Made by a program: the position numbers and the translations under genes
Source of the DNA: Octopus vulgaris
Taxonomy: Eukaryota
Length of the DNA: 64,000 nucleotides
Assembly: GCA_951406725.2 (NCBI GenBank)
Contig: OX597819.1
Span: forward strand, 12,524,001-12,588,000
Direction of reading: 5' to 3'
Shown here: positions 23,586-38,800 of the stretch, one piece after another
Numbering within the stretch: the stretch's first letter is position 1
How the letters are laid out: every line of letters begins with the position of its first letter
Notes under the pieces: model-generated
Databases searched by the model: none
What the model was told of the DNA's origin: nothing
What the model saw: the letters and a program-made list of their open reading frames with translations, nothing else

Positions 23586-24820
23586 TCCAGCTGCAGTGAC
23601 CAGCTTGTCGAGTTCCTTGAGGACATTACTCAGATTACTGACAGTGGCTCATGGGTGGATGTTGTCTACCTTGACTTTGCTAAGGCTTTCAACTCTGTGC
23701 CACACAAAAGGCTTATGGTGAAACTCTCTGCAATGGGTGTGGGGGATGACCTTTTTAACTGGTTGAAATCCTTCATCCTCAGCCGAAAGGAGGTAGTCAC
23801 AGTTCTAGGACAGCACTCTACACCATATGAGATGTCATCGGGTGTACCACAGGGATCTGTCCTTGGTCCCCTCTTGTTTGTGGCATACATTAACGACATA
23901 GATGCCAATTTAAAGAATGCCACAGTATTGAAATATGCAGACGACATCAAGCTGTACCTTGAAATCAAGAGGACAGATCCTGATGTCTACAACTCTTTCC
24001 TGCAATCAGACCTAGACACAATGCAGCAATGGATCACAGACTGGCAACTGAAACTGGCTGTGGACAAGTGTACCACCATGCATTTTGGGAGAAAAAACCC
24101 TGCGTTCACATACTCCCTCCACAACACTGATATCAAGAAATCCTCTTGTGAGCGTGACCTAGGCATCACTGTCAGCAGTGATTTGCGTTGGTCAAAGCAT
24201 ATCTCTAAGATTGTCAGGAAGGCCGAGGGTGTCTTGGCATCACTCAGCAGGTCTTTTGTTAGCCGCTCTCCAGCCATCTATTTAAAACTGTATACAGCTA
24301 TGGTACGACCACACTTGGAATTCGCATCATCAGTTTGGAACCCCTATCTTGCACAGAACATTGACCTCCTGGAATCTGTCCAGAGACGTGCAACCAAACG
24401 CATACCCTCCATCAGACACCTACCATATTCTGAGCGCCTTGTTTCCCTGGGCATGGATTCACTGAAGCTCCGGCGTTTGGCGACGGACTTGGTAAACACC
24501 CACAAAGTTATCAACCACCTCACCAACAACAACACTGAACACCTTTTTGATCTCCATGTGTCTAACACACGTGGACATGCCTACAAAGTCAGAAAACAAT
24601 ACAGCTCCCATGACTTTCGGAAACATTTTTTCACGCTCAGAGTTGCTGAAGCATGGAATAAACTGCCTGCGTCAGTTGTTGACTGCCATGACACTGCATC
24701 TTTTAAGGCCCTCATGCTTTCCGAAATCCGCCGAAACTACACCTGATTATATATACACTTTAGATGAGTTGTAGTGCACCTGAGCACTGTACACAATTAT
24801 TATTATTATTATTATTATTA
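23586..24820 (+). mobile_element. 5'-truncated CR1-clade LINE with uninterrupted RT/C-terminal ORF (23655-24746)
   Basis: YLDFAKAF, GVPQGSVLGP, YADD, ERDLG and VRPHLEFASSVWNP motifs; (ATT)n tail; possible duplication tataat(c/a)cag at both ends. Confidence 0.92.
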
Positions 24821-27480
24821 TAATACAGGCAGAAGAATGGGAAAGATGGGTGGATAAGTTCACCAAAGTTTGAGAGGAGAGTGGCAGATGGTTAGAGACA
24901 GGGGTAGAGGTTAATGTGGTGAATGATATTTTTATATTTTATGAATTTGTTTTTTAAAGTAAATAAAATGTTTGAAGGTCAGACCAAATTCAAAAACCAT
25001 TAAAAAATAAGAGGGGTTTTTAAAAACCTCATGGAACATTTGTTCTTGTCTGACAAACACATTGTAATAATGAAGGAGTTTGTCAGTAACAAAATCAAGC
25101 TGATTTTACAATGGGAAAAAAATATATAAAAAGCATAACTGTGTGTAGAATTTATACAAGATATGCAATGCCACCTGTGCCGGTGGCATGTAAAAAGCAC
25201 CGTTCAAGCAATGGACCTCACAGAGGCAGTGACAGGTGACCAAGACCTTTGGCGATATACTGTGCTTGTGTAGACCTGTCAAGCCAAGCGAGATCGTAGT
25301 CATGGCTGATGCCAATGTCACATCAATGGCACGTAAAAAGCATTCACTACACTCTTGGAGTGGTTGGCATTACGAAGGGCATCCAGCCATAGAAACCTTG
25401 CCAAATCAGATCGGAACCTGGTACAGCTCCCCAGCTTACCAATTTCCAGTCAAACTGTCCAACCCATGCCAGCATTGGAAAGCAGATGTTGGATGATGAT
25501 GATGAACAGCAGTTAATATTGAATGTTAAAGGATGATGACAATGATGATATATATACTTTATATAGAGAGAATTTATGTATAACTATAAGAGAATCCACA
25601 GTAACATAACAGAACATTTGTGATGATTTAAGTAGACAGTTTTAAAATTGATTATAATTATGTATCACAATTATGTAATTTTACAGTTGGTGTTGTTTAT
25701 CTTAATGAAACAGCTGTTGGATACAAAATATGAACTATATATGAAATTTATGCTTTTCTGTTAAATATATTCTTTTACTTGTTTCAGTCATTTGACTATG
25801 GCCATGCAGGAGCACCGCCTTTAGTCGAGCAAATCTACTCCAGGACTTATTCTTTGTAAGCCTAGTACTTATTGTATTGGTCTCTTTTGCTGAACTGCTA
25901 AGTTACGGGGATGTAAACACACCAGCATTGGTTGTCAAGCGATGTTGGAGGGACAAGTACACACACACACACATATATATACATATATACAATGGGCTTC
26001 TTTCAGTTTCCGTTTCCCAAATCCACTCACAAGGCTTTGGTCGGCCCGAGGCTATAGTAGAAGACACTTGCCCAATGTGCCATGCAGTGGAAAGCTACTT
26101 ACCACACAGCCATTCTTGTGTCTATATAGTAATATGAAATTAAAAGTTACAGGATAGTGCACGGTTCACCTAATTTGAATTTTCTTATTTTAGTAAATTC
26201 AGGAAGACAAAGGTATTTTTTCTGTTTCCCCATCATTGTTTATTTCATTTTAAATGAAGTCACTTTCTTCAAAGTTTATCCAAAAGAAAAATCAGTGTCT
26301 GTTATTATACATGAAGGTGTATTATACAAAAATATACACAGCACATTTAAAGTGTATGGACCCCTCTGTATATGTGTGTATTAATGTTTTCATTCTGCAT
26401 TTGGACAATTCTCTGATAACAAATTGTCATCCATCAAGACTGTTTTTAAGTTTAATTATTTAGATTATTTGTCCAATCCAAACCAAAATATGTAAAATGA
26501 ATGGACATGTGTGTGTGTGTGTATATATTTGTAAACAGTAATGTGATTGCATAGCCAATGTTTCAAATTAAAATATCCAGGTTGCACACAGATCCTCCCG
26601 TGTCATTCTTGTAAATACAGAGAACTAAAGCTTGGCTCATTTGAAACTTATAACTAATGGAGCTTTTGTTCACAAAATGCCATAGAAAATATATAAATAT
26701 ACAGCTTGATAAACATAATTGTCTTTGACATTATTAAAGACTGATGCAACACAATGCTAAATAGAATGACAGTCTAGCCTCAGAAACAATAACATTATGT
26801 CAGTAGACAACCATTACCTGCAAAACCTCACTTTCTTTTTATTATTTTCACTATTCCGAATCGTGGCCGATGCCAGCTCCGCCTCGACTGGCTTCCGTGC
26901 CGGTGGCATGTAAAAAGCACCAATCCAACCGTGGCCGTTGCCAGCCTTGCCTGGCACCTGTGCAGGTGGCACATAAAAAGCACCCACTACACTCACGGAG
27001 TGGTTGGCGTTAGGAAGGGCATCCAGCTGTAGAAACATTGCCAGATAAGACTGGAGCCTGGTGCAGCCTTTTGGCCCCCCAGATCCCTGGTCGAACCGTC
27101 CAACCCATGCTAGCATGGAGAACGGACGTTTGATGATGATGATGATGAATATTTCATACACAATGTTACCTTATTTTTAACACATTTAATTTTTTGTTAA
27201 TTAAAAACAGAAAACTTAACCACTTCTCAGTTTCCTTGCTAATTAAATTCTACTGCCCCAACAAATACGAAAAGTCCAGATTAGGTTACATCCATCTTGT
27301 TAGTCATTAACCCTTTTGTTATGACCCTGCCCAAAACTGCTCCAGATTTGATGCTACAAACCTTCCCATTTTAAAGTGATCTAAACAGGATTCTATCAAA
27401 ATTTCTTTTAGATTTATGTTGCAAGCATCAGCTTAATTGAAAAAAAAGTTAGTGGATTTCAACAGAAATGATCAACTCAC

Positions 27481-27733
27481 CTGGTTTTCTGGGGACACCA
27501 GCTGGAATGAGAACAACATCAGCACCAGTGACAGCTTCTTCTAATTCACTGGGTCCCATGTGGCCTGTTACCTTAGCCCTAGTCTCAAGGTGACTAAGAT
27601 CTGCAGCCACACCTGGAGTGTGTGCAATATCATAGAGGGCTAAATGGCTGACTAGGGGGCTGTTCTTCAGCAGCAAGGACAACGGTTGACCAATACCTCC
27701 AGCTGCTCCAAGAACACACACTTTGGCATTTTT
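27481..27733 (-). CDS. MDH2: MDH2 exon 2 (NAD-binding Rossmann fold)
   Basis: [48 protein letters not shown]...AGVPRKP(G). ttttccag acceptor, gtgag donor. Confidence 0.97.
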
Positions 27734-29129
27734 CTGGAAAAGAGAAAAAGAAAAGAGTTATTAAAAATAAATAAATATTTGTTATATATATACATATATA
27801 TATATATATATGTATATTTAGTAAGTAGAGTGAATGAGAGAAATGGTCAACCACAGAGAAAAACCTCTGACAAGAACATTTGTAAACATTGATATATAGC
27901 ATGATCAATAGTTATTGCTATCGGTCAACAGATTACAACATTTTGCACAGTCACTTTGCTAGAGAAGAGATCCACACAGCAACAAAAACCAATTAACTCA
28001 CTAGATCCAACACTACACAAATTTAGTTACTAAATCAATAAACAGCCACCACATAGCCCAATTAAGAAGCAATGCTGAGAGCTGTGTCTTACCATCATCT
28101 CCAAACTCTTGTCATTTACATAACATTTCCTTAAATTTTCTAACACAATGCTGGTGGTGTAATGAATGTGGATATTTTTAGCTGTACAATAATTCAACCA
28201 ATTATTTTCACACCTCATCATTTACAACACTGCAGTGCCACTTCCAAAGTTATAATATGCTTAACAAGAATGGTAACAATACTTCACTCTGGTTTCATGG
28301 AGTGACATTAAAATATTCCATTGTCAAGGAAGAAAACATTCCCCGAAATAGTTCCTATCCAATTGGAATCTTTTATCCTTTATCTTCTGTTTCAGTCATT
28401 AGATTGCAACCATACTGGGGCATTGCCTTGAAGAACTTTAGTCAAATGGACTGACCCCAATATTTACTAATTTTTCTTTTAAAGCTTGGTATTCATTCTA
28501 TTGATCTCTGTTGCCAAACTGCTAAGTTACAGGGATGTAAACAACACTGGCTGTCAACTGGGAGTGGGGGACAAACACAGATACAATTTAATCCTTTCTA
28601 TTTCTCAAATCATTTCAGATCTGGAATAACGGTTTCATTATGTCTCAGCAAGTTCACCAATAGAACTGCCATAAACCTGCAAATGTCACCAAACAATTAA
28701 AGATCTGACTCATTTACCTCTGTATTCCATTTAGAATTTAAATCTGGAGAGTGTCCCCTCTTGTCTTGTTTTCTCTCACCAGAATCAGTCATATAGAAAA
28801 CAACTGCTCATCAATAATTATGTAATTTCAATTAAAATTTCTTGGTTTATTATGTAAAGTACACTAGCGTTCAAATTACATTAGAACAGAGATATTTTGT
28901 GGGGAAGTCAGAGTGCTGAAGTGAATGGAGTTGAGAATTGTTAGCAACGAAACATATATAAAGTAATTGAGGCAGCCAGAATATGTGACATGATGACTTG
29001 GCTTAGAGGAGTCACAGGCAGCCACAACAGCAACAATGACTTAAGTACAAACACCAAAATTAGGGGTGACAAATGAGCCAAGGGCAGGTTTCTATGAAGT
29101 TCTCTTAGAGACTACTTTGATAGCTTATG

Positions 29130-29915
29130 GCAGTGATTTCATTACCACAAGCAGATACTTTAATGGGCAGTTTGAGAAAAACCACAAGAGCTGTAGGCTT
29201 TGGTACAAGGTATGAAGAGAGTGAGATATCATGATGACAATGACCTGACAATTTGCAATACTAATTCCAGGAAAACAGACAGCCACCAGGTGAACATAAG
29301 GCTAGAACAGACTTTATACTCAGCAGGAAATAGAACAGACAACTGGTTGTGAACACTTGAAGTACTTCTCCAATGACAAATGTACAGCTTGACTAGAGGT
29401 CAATGTCCCCAAGATAAGAATTTGAATAGCAATTTGAAGGAAACTGATTTGGGTGCAAAGAAAAAGGAGTTAACTTGTATAATGAAATGGTGTCCATGAG
29501 GGTCCTATTTATCAAGGTCTTCTAGGCCATAACAGAGGAATTCAAAAGAGATGCCTCAGGGAACCCCCATATGCTGATGACCTTGTTCTTGTAGTTGAAT
29601 CTGTATTAGGATTAGTGAATGAATTCTACACACACAAGCAAAATTTGGAATCAAATAGCTTCAAAGTTAACTTAGCAAAGACGAAACTATAAGTAAGAAC
29701 AGACAAGACACTGCTTCCATAAATGCATTCACCTTACTAGATACGTAGAAATTTTATACAATGTACCCAGTGCAAACTATGGATGGATGAGAGGTGCAGT
29801 GTAATCACAGGTAGGTTACCAGAGAAAGTAGTCTTTGAATGTGGCAGATGCACAGGAACCCAAGAAAACAGATTCTCTTAAATATCCTGAAAAATTCTTA
29901 GAGGTAGTAGGTGAC
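29130..29915 (+). mobile_element. Highly decayed RTE LINE fragment
   Basis: Patches matching the 44292 element (atatgctgatgacctt; tgtacccagtgcaaactatgg). A 3' remnant lies at about 32270-32650. Confidence 0.65.
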
Positions 29916-32900
29916 CTAGGTGGCAGTGGAGGGGGGGCGTTTAAATATATCATTATACCCTTTCTTATTCTTTCTGTTCTGCCAGTCATTACTCCTCCTC
30001 CCAACCACTTCCTTCAGTCCTCTGTCCTTCATTCTTACCATGGTCCCACACCTTGCTGACTACCTCCTTAACACTCCCCCACATCATCATCAGATTATTG
30101 CTATGAATTGGATGGTCTGACAGAATCCAATGGGTGTGAGGACTGCACCATGCATCAATGTCTACCTTGGCCATGGTTTCTATGGCTAGGTGCCCTCCCC
30201 AATGCCAAACCCTTTACAGAATGTCCTGGGTGATTTTTTTCACAGTAACTGTACAGGGGAAGTTGCTCAACTTCCCCATGCTTGCATAAGTCCGATGGAA
30301 TCTTCTGAGGCAGATTTTCTACAACCAGTTGCCCTTCATGTTACAAACTCTCACCCGTTTCCAAAGGATGGCTGGAAATAGATACAGAGAAGATTGGAAA
30401 CAAACTACACCATTTGTATGACAACAACGCTTTGTCAAGACAAAAGGACACAAATATATACACATGTACATATGATGGGCTTCTTTCAGTTTCCATCAAC
30501 CAGATTCATTCACAAGGCTTTGACTAACCTAGGGCTATAGTTGAAGACATGCCCAGGGTGCCACACAATGGGATTGAACTTGAAACCATGCGGTTGGGAA
30601 GTGGGAAGTCAATGATTATTCACAGCTTAGAGTATTGAACATTGAATAACTGAGTGATTAGGAGCTTTTTTAATCCCTTTTTGGAATATTACATCAAGAC
30701 ATGTCACTTCCTGTATTTTCATAGTAGCAGATGTTACAGCTTTGCTAATTTAATCTTCAGTTCACAGTTGAATAACCTTTCAGTGAAGCATGATGCAGGA
30801 TATTTTCAGTTAGCTTATCTTCGTTATTAATGTTGTACATAATTAGCTGAGCAAAGAACAAAAATACTCTACTACTTAATAAAATATTATGGCAATGAGC
30901 TGCTAGAATTGTTAGCAATTTGAACAAAATGCTTCATGGCATTTCGTCCTTTCAGAGTCACTAAAGTACAGGGTTTCATATAACTATGCTCCTCACTTTC
31001 AGATTGCTGGCTTTGTACCAAAATTATTATTATTATCATTATCAAGGTAGTAATCTGGCAGAATCTTCAGCAAGCCAGACAATATTCTAAGCAACATTTC
31101 TTCTACCAAATTCCACTGAGGTTGACAATGCCTTCCATCTTTCCAAGATTGATAAAATAAAATACCAGTCAAACACTGGAGTTAATGAAATTGTCTAAAT
31201 CCTTTCCCATAAAACTGCTGCTTTGAAACCATTATTATTATTAGTAGTAATATTAGGGAAGTAGAGCAGTGAACTTGTTAGAATATCAGAAAAAATGCCT
31301 TGCAGTATTTCTTTTAGCTCTTTGCATTCTGAGTTCAAATCCTGCCAAGGTTGACTTTGCCCTTCATCCTTTCAAGGTTAATAAAAGAAAGTACCAGTGA
31401 ACAAATGGGGTTCATTTACAATCAACCAGCTCCCTCTCAGTCAAATATTATACATTGTGCCTACATCTGAAACCTAAAGGACATTTGATTGGCAGAATTG
31501 TTAGAGTGTCAGACAAAAGGTCTTGCTTCATTTAGTTACAGCTCTTTATATTTTGAGTTCAAATTGCACCAAAGTCAGCTTTGCCACAGCTGATAAAGAA
31601 CCTGTCAAGTACTGAGATGGATTTAGTCAACTTCCCATTCATCCATATTGTTGACTCCTTGTGTCTAGATATCATCATCCAGTGTTTTAAATTTGGGCTT
31701 TGTCCCCCGTTAATGTGGGTGGCCAGATCTACCTCAATGCCATAGCAACCGAGGTAGGCAGGTGCAGCCCACCCCAACCTTTGGGCTGGCTGGTGCCCAT
31801 TTTCCTTTGCTATCATGAGGCTTTTTTTGGAGCTGGATTTTCTATGGAGAGTATGCCCTTGCTTACCTCCAACCTCAGTTTTTAGACATGGGAGGTCCTG
31901 AGACCAAGGCCTCTACCATGATTTTTAAGAAATGTTGTGGAAAACTAGCTCAGGAAGGCAGGGACACTACTCCCTGAGACTCCTTTCAGACCCACCTCAC
32001 CTAAAGCAAATTGATTTTATTGGTGTTGCTAAAAACAACAACACAACATGCACAAGGCCTGATATTTAGGGGAGGGGTTAGTCAATTACAATGACCCCAG
32101 TGCGCAACTGGTACTTATTTTATCGACCACAAAATGAGGAAAGGTAAAGTTGACGTCAGTGGAATTTGAACTCAGAATGCAAAGACAAAATGCTGCTCTG
32201 CATTTTGTCTGGCATGCTAACGATTCTGCCAGCTTGTTGCCTTTTAATAATAACAATTGATAAAGGTAGACAAGATGAAGTTTGTGTACAAACAGCAATG
32301 TTACATGGTGGCAAAATGTGAACTGTGATTGCAAAAAGATTGAAAGAAATGAAGCTAGCATGCTCTGCTGGATGTGCAATGACAAAGTGTAAATGTGTTC
32401 AGAGAAAAACTTGGCATAAGAGGCATCAAATGTGGTGTGGAAAAGAGAAGATTTTGGTGGTATGGTCATGTGATGTACAAGGACAGCTGCATAAAGAACA
32501 GCTGATCTCTAAATCTGGAGGGAACTTATGGAAGAGGAAAACCCAGGAAGATGTGGGACAAAGTGGTGTATAATAATCTCCAGATGTTGAGCCTCACAGA
32601 GGAGATGGTAAAGGAGTGAGGTGGTTTGTTGTGCTTGAGGAGAACTGTCCACCAAAGTAAAAGTGGGACTCTAAAGTTAGATAGTTTATGTTCATGCCCC
32701 TACACACAATCTGCCCCTGACAACTCATCTTCCTAACATTACTCTTTCCTCCATCTGTGATCACCCCTCTCCCTCACCTCTATCTTCTACTCTTACAAAA
32801 CTTACCCACCCACTCACCCTATCCATTCTTCTGTACCACTTGTATACACCTCCCTATCACTCAATGGTAAGCCCTATCATATTTTCTCCATCTCTCTCTC

Positions 32901-33432
32901 TCTTTCCCAATTGGGGTAACCATGTATCTCCTCCACTCCAGGACACCTGCTTCTGTCCCTCTATTCATACTCTAACATCTCATCACCTCCCTCAATACTA
33001 CTCACCCACTCAGTTGAGGGGTGTTGTCTTGCTAGTTATTTGGTGACCCTGTTGGTGCTAGTGTCATGTAAAAAGCACCCAGTACATGCTGTAAAGTGGT
33101 TGGTGTAAGGAAGGACATCCAGCTGTAGAAACCAAAGCAGACAGTAGAGTTTGGCAGAGTCATCTGGCTTACCTGCAACTGCCAACCCAACATAGAAAGC
33201 AAACACTAAATAATGTTGTTTAAAAAACATGGAAGGGCAGGTTTCAATATAATGTCTTTCACTCCATTTGTATCCTGAGATTAAGATTAATTTTAACTGA
33301 GTTTATACATATCCCTTACAAATTTCTGATTTTCCGATAAAGTAAGAAATCCTTATTTCTTATTTGAGAGCAACAAAATGACAGAACTGATACAGTATGA
33401 GAGTTAATGCCTTGTGGTATTTAGTGAAATGT

Positions 33433-33633
33433 AAGGCGGCGAGCTGGCAGAACCGTTAGCACGCCGGGCGAAATGCTTAGCAGTATTTCGTCTGGCGTTA
33501 CGTTCTGAGTTCAAATTCCGCCAAGGTCGACTTTGCCTTTCGTCCTTTCGGGGTCGATGTAATCGACTTAATACCTATGTCTGTCCTTGTTTGTCCCCTC
33601 TATGTTTAGCCCCTTGTGGGTAATAAAGAAATA
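33433..33633 (+). mobile_element. tRNA-derived SINE family B (Nin/Deu-domain-like core)
   Basis: aaggcggcgagctggcagaa head, core gactttgcctttcgtcctttcggggtcgat. Target duplication ggtatttagtga at 33416-33427 and 33634-33645. Many older copies (about 21580-21790, 30895-31620, 59187-59395, 61410-61595). Confidence 0.8.
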
Positions 33634-34860
33634 GGTATTTAGTGATATCTTTTTATTACTGAGTTCAATAACTGCCAACTAGAGTTGACTTTATCCTACA
33701 TTCTTCTGCTGTAAAATTACTGGAATTGGTTAATGCCTACGACAAACAATACCAAAATATGTGGCAGTGTGATGGGCTGAGAGGATACGGCAGTGGAAGA
33801 TATTGTGACAGAGAGGTGTCAGCTAAACTAATGAATTCACTTGCTTAACTCTAACAACTCTTCATCCTTAAGTGTTTTGAGTATTCGCACAGGAGATTTC
33901 TTTAATGGGAACCATTTTGTTCTACTTCATAGACAAAGATTTTCTTTAAACCTCATTCAAACAGGAATACTTCAAAAACCATTAACATCCAACCAAAAGT
34001 TCTTCAAAGTCAACACAGATACAGGTTGGAGTTTCTCTCATATTGCTGGTATCACAGCATTGAAGAAGCAGTTACTTATTACAAGTGATATGATAACTTA
34101 CTTGTTTCAGAAACAAGAATTTACACACAAACACACAGAGAATGTGACCTCTTATATTATTGCAATTTTAATTTTGTTTGTGGGGTACCCAAACTCAAAT
34201 TACATAATGTAGAAATGGAGAGAAAAAAAAAAACTATAATCAAAAGAGACTTATCTAAGTCATACTACATACATAAAGTATAAGTCATAGTAGTTGGTAT
34301 ACATTTTAAATAATATACTTAAGACTCAATCAGACAGTTTCCTGAACATTCTAGATATCTCAATAGAATAATCTTTCTTCTTTCTGTATATCTTAGATAT
34401 CTAAAGCCAAGTATATGAAATCAATGTATTCACTTAGATTTAATGAACCTCAATGACAGATAACATAATTGTTCATTGATTCTAAATTAGGTTTTAGAAA
34501 GATTTCTATAAGAATTGGTTGCATTGTTGCTGGGGAAACTCAACATCTTCCTGCTGAAAACACTGTTTTGTCCTTGAGAATCATTCTCGCTCATAAATGT
34601 TCTGTATAACCTTGAATGGAATGTCAGTTTGTTTTTGCAAATTCCAAGAGTCATTCTATCAGAAGAAAGTTCCTCCTGGCACGATCAGTTATGGCAGCAC
34701 TGGACATAAGCCTTCTAACCAAACTCAAAAGAGTAGATGGACAATGTTTGCACCAGAAACAGACTAAGTAGTGCATGAGTACTTAATTCAAATGATTAAT
34801 ACTTAGTAATCACATACCTAGTGTTCAACAAAATTATATATATATATATGTGTATGTATG

Positions 34861-34894
<34 letters not shown>

Positions 34895-35715
34895 GGCGTG
34901 GCTGTGTGGTATGAAGCTTGCTTCCCAACCTCATGGTTCTGGGTTCAGTCCTTGTGAGTGGATTTGGTAGATGGAAACTGAAAGAAGCCTTTCACACACA
35001 ATATATATATATATATATATCATCATCATCATCGTTTAATGTCCGCTTTCCATGCTAGCATGGGTTATGCATGTATATATATTTATGTGAGTGTTTGTAC
35101 TGCCCACCATTGCTTAATAACTGATGGTGCATTTACGTCCCCATAACTTAGCAGTTCAGCAGAAGAGACTGATAGAATAAGCACCAGGCTTACAAAGAAT
35201 AAGTCCAGGGTTTGATTTCTTCGACTAAAAGGTGGTGCTCCAGCATGGCCACAATCAAATGACTGAAACAAAGGAATATATATATATATATACACACACA
35301 CAAACACAGACGTGCAAGCATGGCTGCATGGTAAAAACGTTTGTTTCTCAACCGCATGCTTTGGGTTCAATCTGATTGTGTCTTCTGCTATAGCCCTGGG
35401 CTACCCAAAGCCTTGTGAATAGGTTTGGTAGATGGAAACTAAAAGAAGCCAATCATATGTATGTGTGGGTTATTGTCTCCTTGGCTTGACATTGCAAGAT
35501 AGTTGGAAATGAATGTCTGTCATGCAGGTAATAGCCTTCATTCCCAATCTTCATTGGAAAACATGTCTGGCCAAGGAGAAATATTACCTTACTAGGAAAC
35601 AGGTGAAGGTTGGTGACAGGAAGGGCATCCAGCTATAGAAAATCAGCCTCAACAAAATTCCATTTGATCCAATATGAGCATGGAAAAGTATCAATATATA
35701 TATATATATATATAC

Positions 35716-35850
35716 AACGGTGGAGTTACGATTTCAGGAGGACGATTGGGATCACGTGGATGAGAAAGGCGCGATTCAGAGAGGAGTGGACAGCATGCAG
35801 TGACCAGCGGTGTCAAATGGACGCCCAACGGACTGGTCGGTCAAGGTGAT
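35716..35850 (+). mobile_element. RTE-like LINE extreme 3' fragment inside (TA)n
   Basis: RWSYDFRRTIGITWMRKARFREEW resembles the RTE C-terminal RW..D....W...A..R..W motif. Confidence 0.6.
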
Positions 35851-38800
35851 ATATATATATATATACATACACAAGGCAAAATCCTTTCTATGTAGCCCAG
35901 AACTACTGGGCTGGTCCTTTTTGGAGTTAAAACTTGTGGTCAATATCCTACACCTATAAAATGAAATAGTCCTCCTCCTCCTAATGTTAAAACATACACC
36001 TATTGTTTCTTTGATATATTCATGATAACCACATTACTTGATGGAATCATTGTGCAGTAAAGATTAACATTCATTCTAATACTCAAAATAAAATTCATGA
36101 GAAATAATTTCACCAATTCTTCCAGATCAGCTCAAATGGATTGGCAGTTTAATGACATTTATAAAGCAATGTCATGAAATAACAATCATCATCATCATTT
36201 TAAACATTCACTGTTTCAAGCTCACATAAGTCAGAAGGTGTTTACTGAGGCAGATTTTCTACGAGATGTGCTCTTTATCACCAACTCTCACCAGTTTTTA
36301 AGTATGGTAATATTTCCCCAGAGCCAAACATGTTTGCATTGAAGATCAGAAACAAGTGACATCACTTGTATGGCGGTGACACTCATTTACAACTAACATG
36401 CAATATCAAGAAAGACACACACACACACACAATGGGCTTCTTTCAGTTTCCATCTACCAAATCCACTCACAAGGGATTGGTAAATCCAGGGCTCCAGTAG
36501 AAAGCCCTTGCTCAAGGTGCCATGCAGTGGTACTAAACCTGAAATCATGTGTTGGGAAGCAAACTTCTAAGGCACACAGCCACGCCCAATACTTTTAAAA
36601 TAAGCACAACTGAAAATTAAATCTCAAATCCTAAAGTCTAATTTTTCTATTTCTCAGCCAATAAAAATTTCACACACACAAATAAATGAATAAATAAATA
36701 GACAAACACTATGGTGGGTCTTTAATTTTGCGTACACAAATACCAAAAACTGAGTTAAGGAAAAATACTTCACGTAATACATTTCAGATCAAAACTTTAC
36801 AGTCTTTCAAAGTTTAAATTTATTAACTACAGTTTATTAATTAATTTTTCTTTTTAAAATACGATATAAAAATCATTCTGAAAATATATATTTTCTCATA
36901 CAAATAAAAGAAAAGATTTAAGAAAAAAGTGAGAGAAAATATAATTGTCTAAAATTTGAGAATGTAATTATTCTTTGATCGGATTCAGAGTATTAATCAA
37001 GTTTTGAAGAATTTTTAAAAGAAAATCAAAGGAAAAGGATCAGCAATATGAGGAGACCCTTTTCAGTTATACACAGTCTAGAAATTTAGCCCGAACGTTT
37101 CGTAAAGAGAGAATGCCATTAAAGGACATTCAAGGGTCACGTAGCAATGCTAAACGACGAAGGATTTTACATCTACAACCCAAATTATAACATACATTAA
37201 CAAATTTGAAGCATATTAAATTTTTTAATCTTTTTCTTTTCTAGTTGAATTCTTACAGACATATTAAAGGATTATGATGTCAGATACGTCTAAAAAATAG
37301 GCTATATATATGTATATATAAGGTCAAGGACTCACTATATATAGCGGTTACACTAGAAAGGCGGCCAACTGGCAGAATCGTAAGAGCGTCGGATAGAATA
37401 TCAATGTTTGTCCCGTTTGTAAATCTAGTTAAGGTCATATTTCCATGGTCGATTCTCGGACCTTCCTATCTTTCTCTCTGGACTGTACCAGCAACTTAAA
37501 CGTCAGACCTTGTTACATTATGTCATGCCGGTTCTACCAGATAATTGAGATTTGAGTATACGCTTAAGAATTCAGACAGACGAGAATCCACCATCAAATC
37601 TCCTCTGGAATAATGAACTTGCATGAGGATTTCATCTGCCAAACTTCAGACACACAACGGCTCTCTATTTTATTCCAAAGACACTCGTATCCTTAAAATA
37701 ATCTTTAGGCAGAATCAGTGACACTGTCAGAAGATCGGTCCATTGAATCGATCACCTGATGGGTTTCCATACAGTTTCCGTCTATTCGATTTCACTTACA
37801 AAGCATAGATCGACCCGAGATAATGATAAAAGGCGCTTGCCCAACATGCTGCACAGTGAGATTGAACGCGGGACGTCATTATTGCCAAGAGAGTGTGCCC
37901 TTTGACTGACTGCCTTAATGCATATTCACATAATACACACACACACACACACACACACATGTATATGAATTGTATCATCAAGAGAGAAGAAAACTTAACA
38001 ATGCAGAAAATAAAATATGATTCGACTATCTTTATCGTTAAATCTCTAAATTTTCGAAAAGTTTAAAATCAATAAAGGAAAAAAATTGTGATTACCCATA
38101 AAATAACAATAAAAAAAGATTACGTGACAAGGTCGTTGTTAAGATGAGGGACAGCAAACAGTGACAAAACATGTACAGACATATTCCCAGGATGAAAGGA
38201 TTAGCAAGGTTAATTAAACAATTTAAGGCATCACCATCATAATATAACAGGGTGTTAGTTGTGAGTTAAGTGAGTAGGTGGACTGAAGTTTATGAGGGGA
38301 AAAACTGATGGTTGCCAATGTCAAATACCTAATAAGATACAAAGCCACCTGCAGGTGAGTGGCATTTCGTAATTATAGTAACACTCATCAGTAACTGGTG
38401 CAGTACTATAAGATATACAAATATAAAACACTTAGAAGAGATATAGTGGCTACAAAGTGAAAGCGATGGGGGAAGTGGAGAGCCCAGACGGTGAGCAATG
38501 ACCTTCAAAGAAAATACTTAACAAAGGCAGTATTAGATTCAGTCCGAGAAATATATCATAAAGAGCTACTGTAGGGAAATATCTAATGATCTTAATGCAC
38601 ATGCCTATTCAAAGGTTACAGGGTTAGGTCGTTTCTTTCATTATTTTCTAGGTAAGATCTTTTTTGCCGGGGTTGAATGTCGGCTCGAAAAGAAGCTGAA
38701 TGTCACAGATCGTTAAATGAAAAACGTGTTTAATGATGAGAGAGAGAGAGAGAAAAAATAAAAATAAAAATGAGAGATGAGAAGTGTGAGAAGTGGCAGC

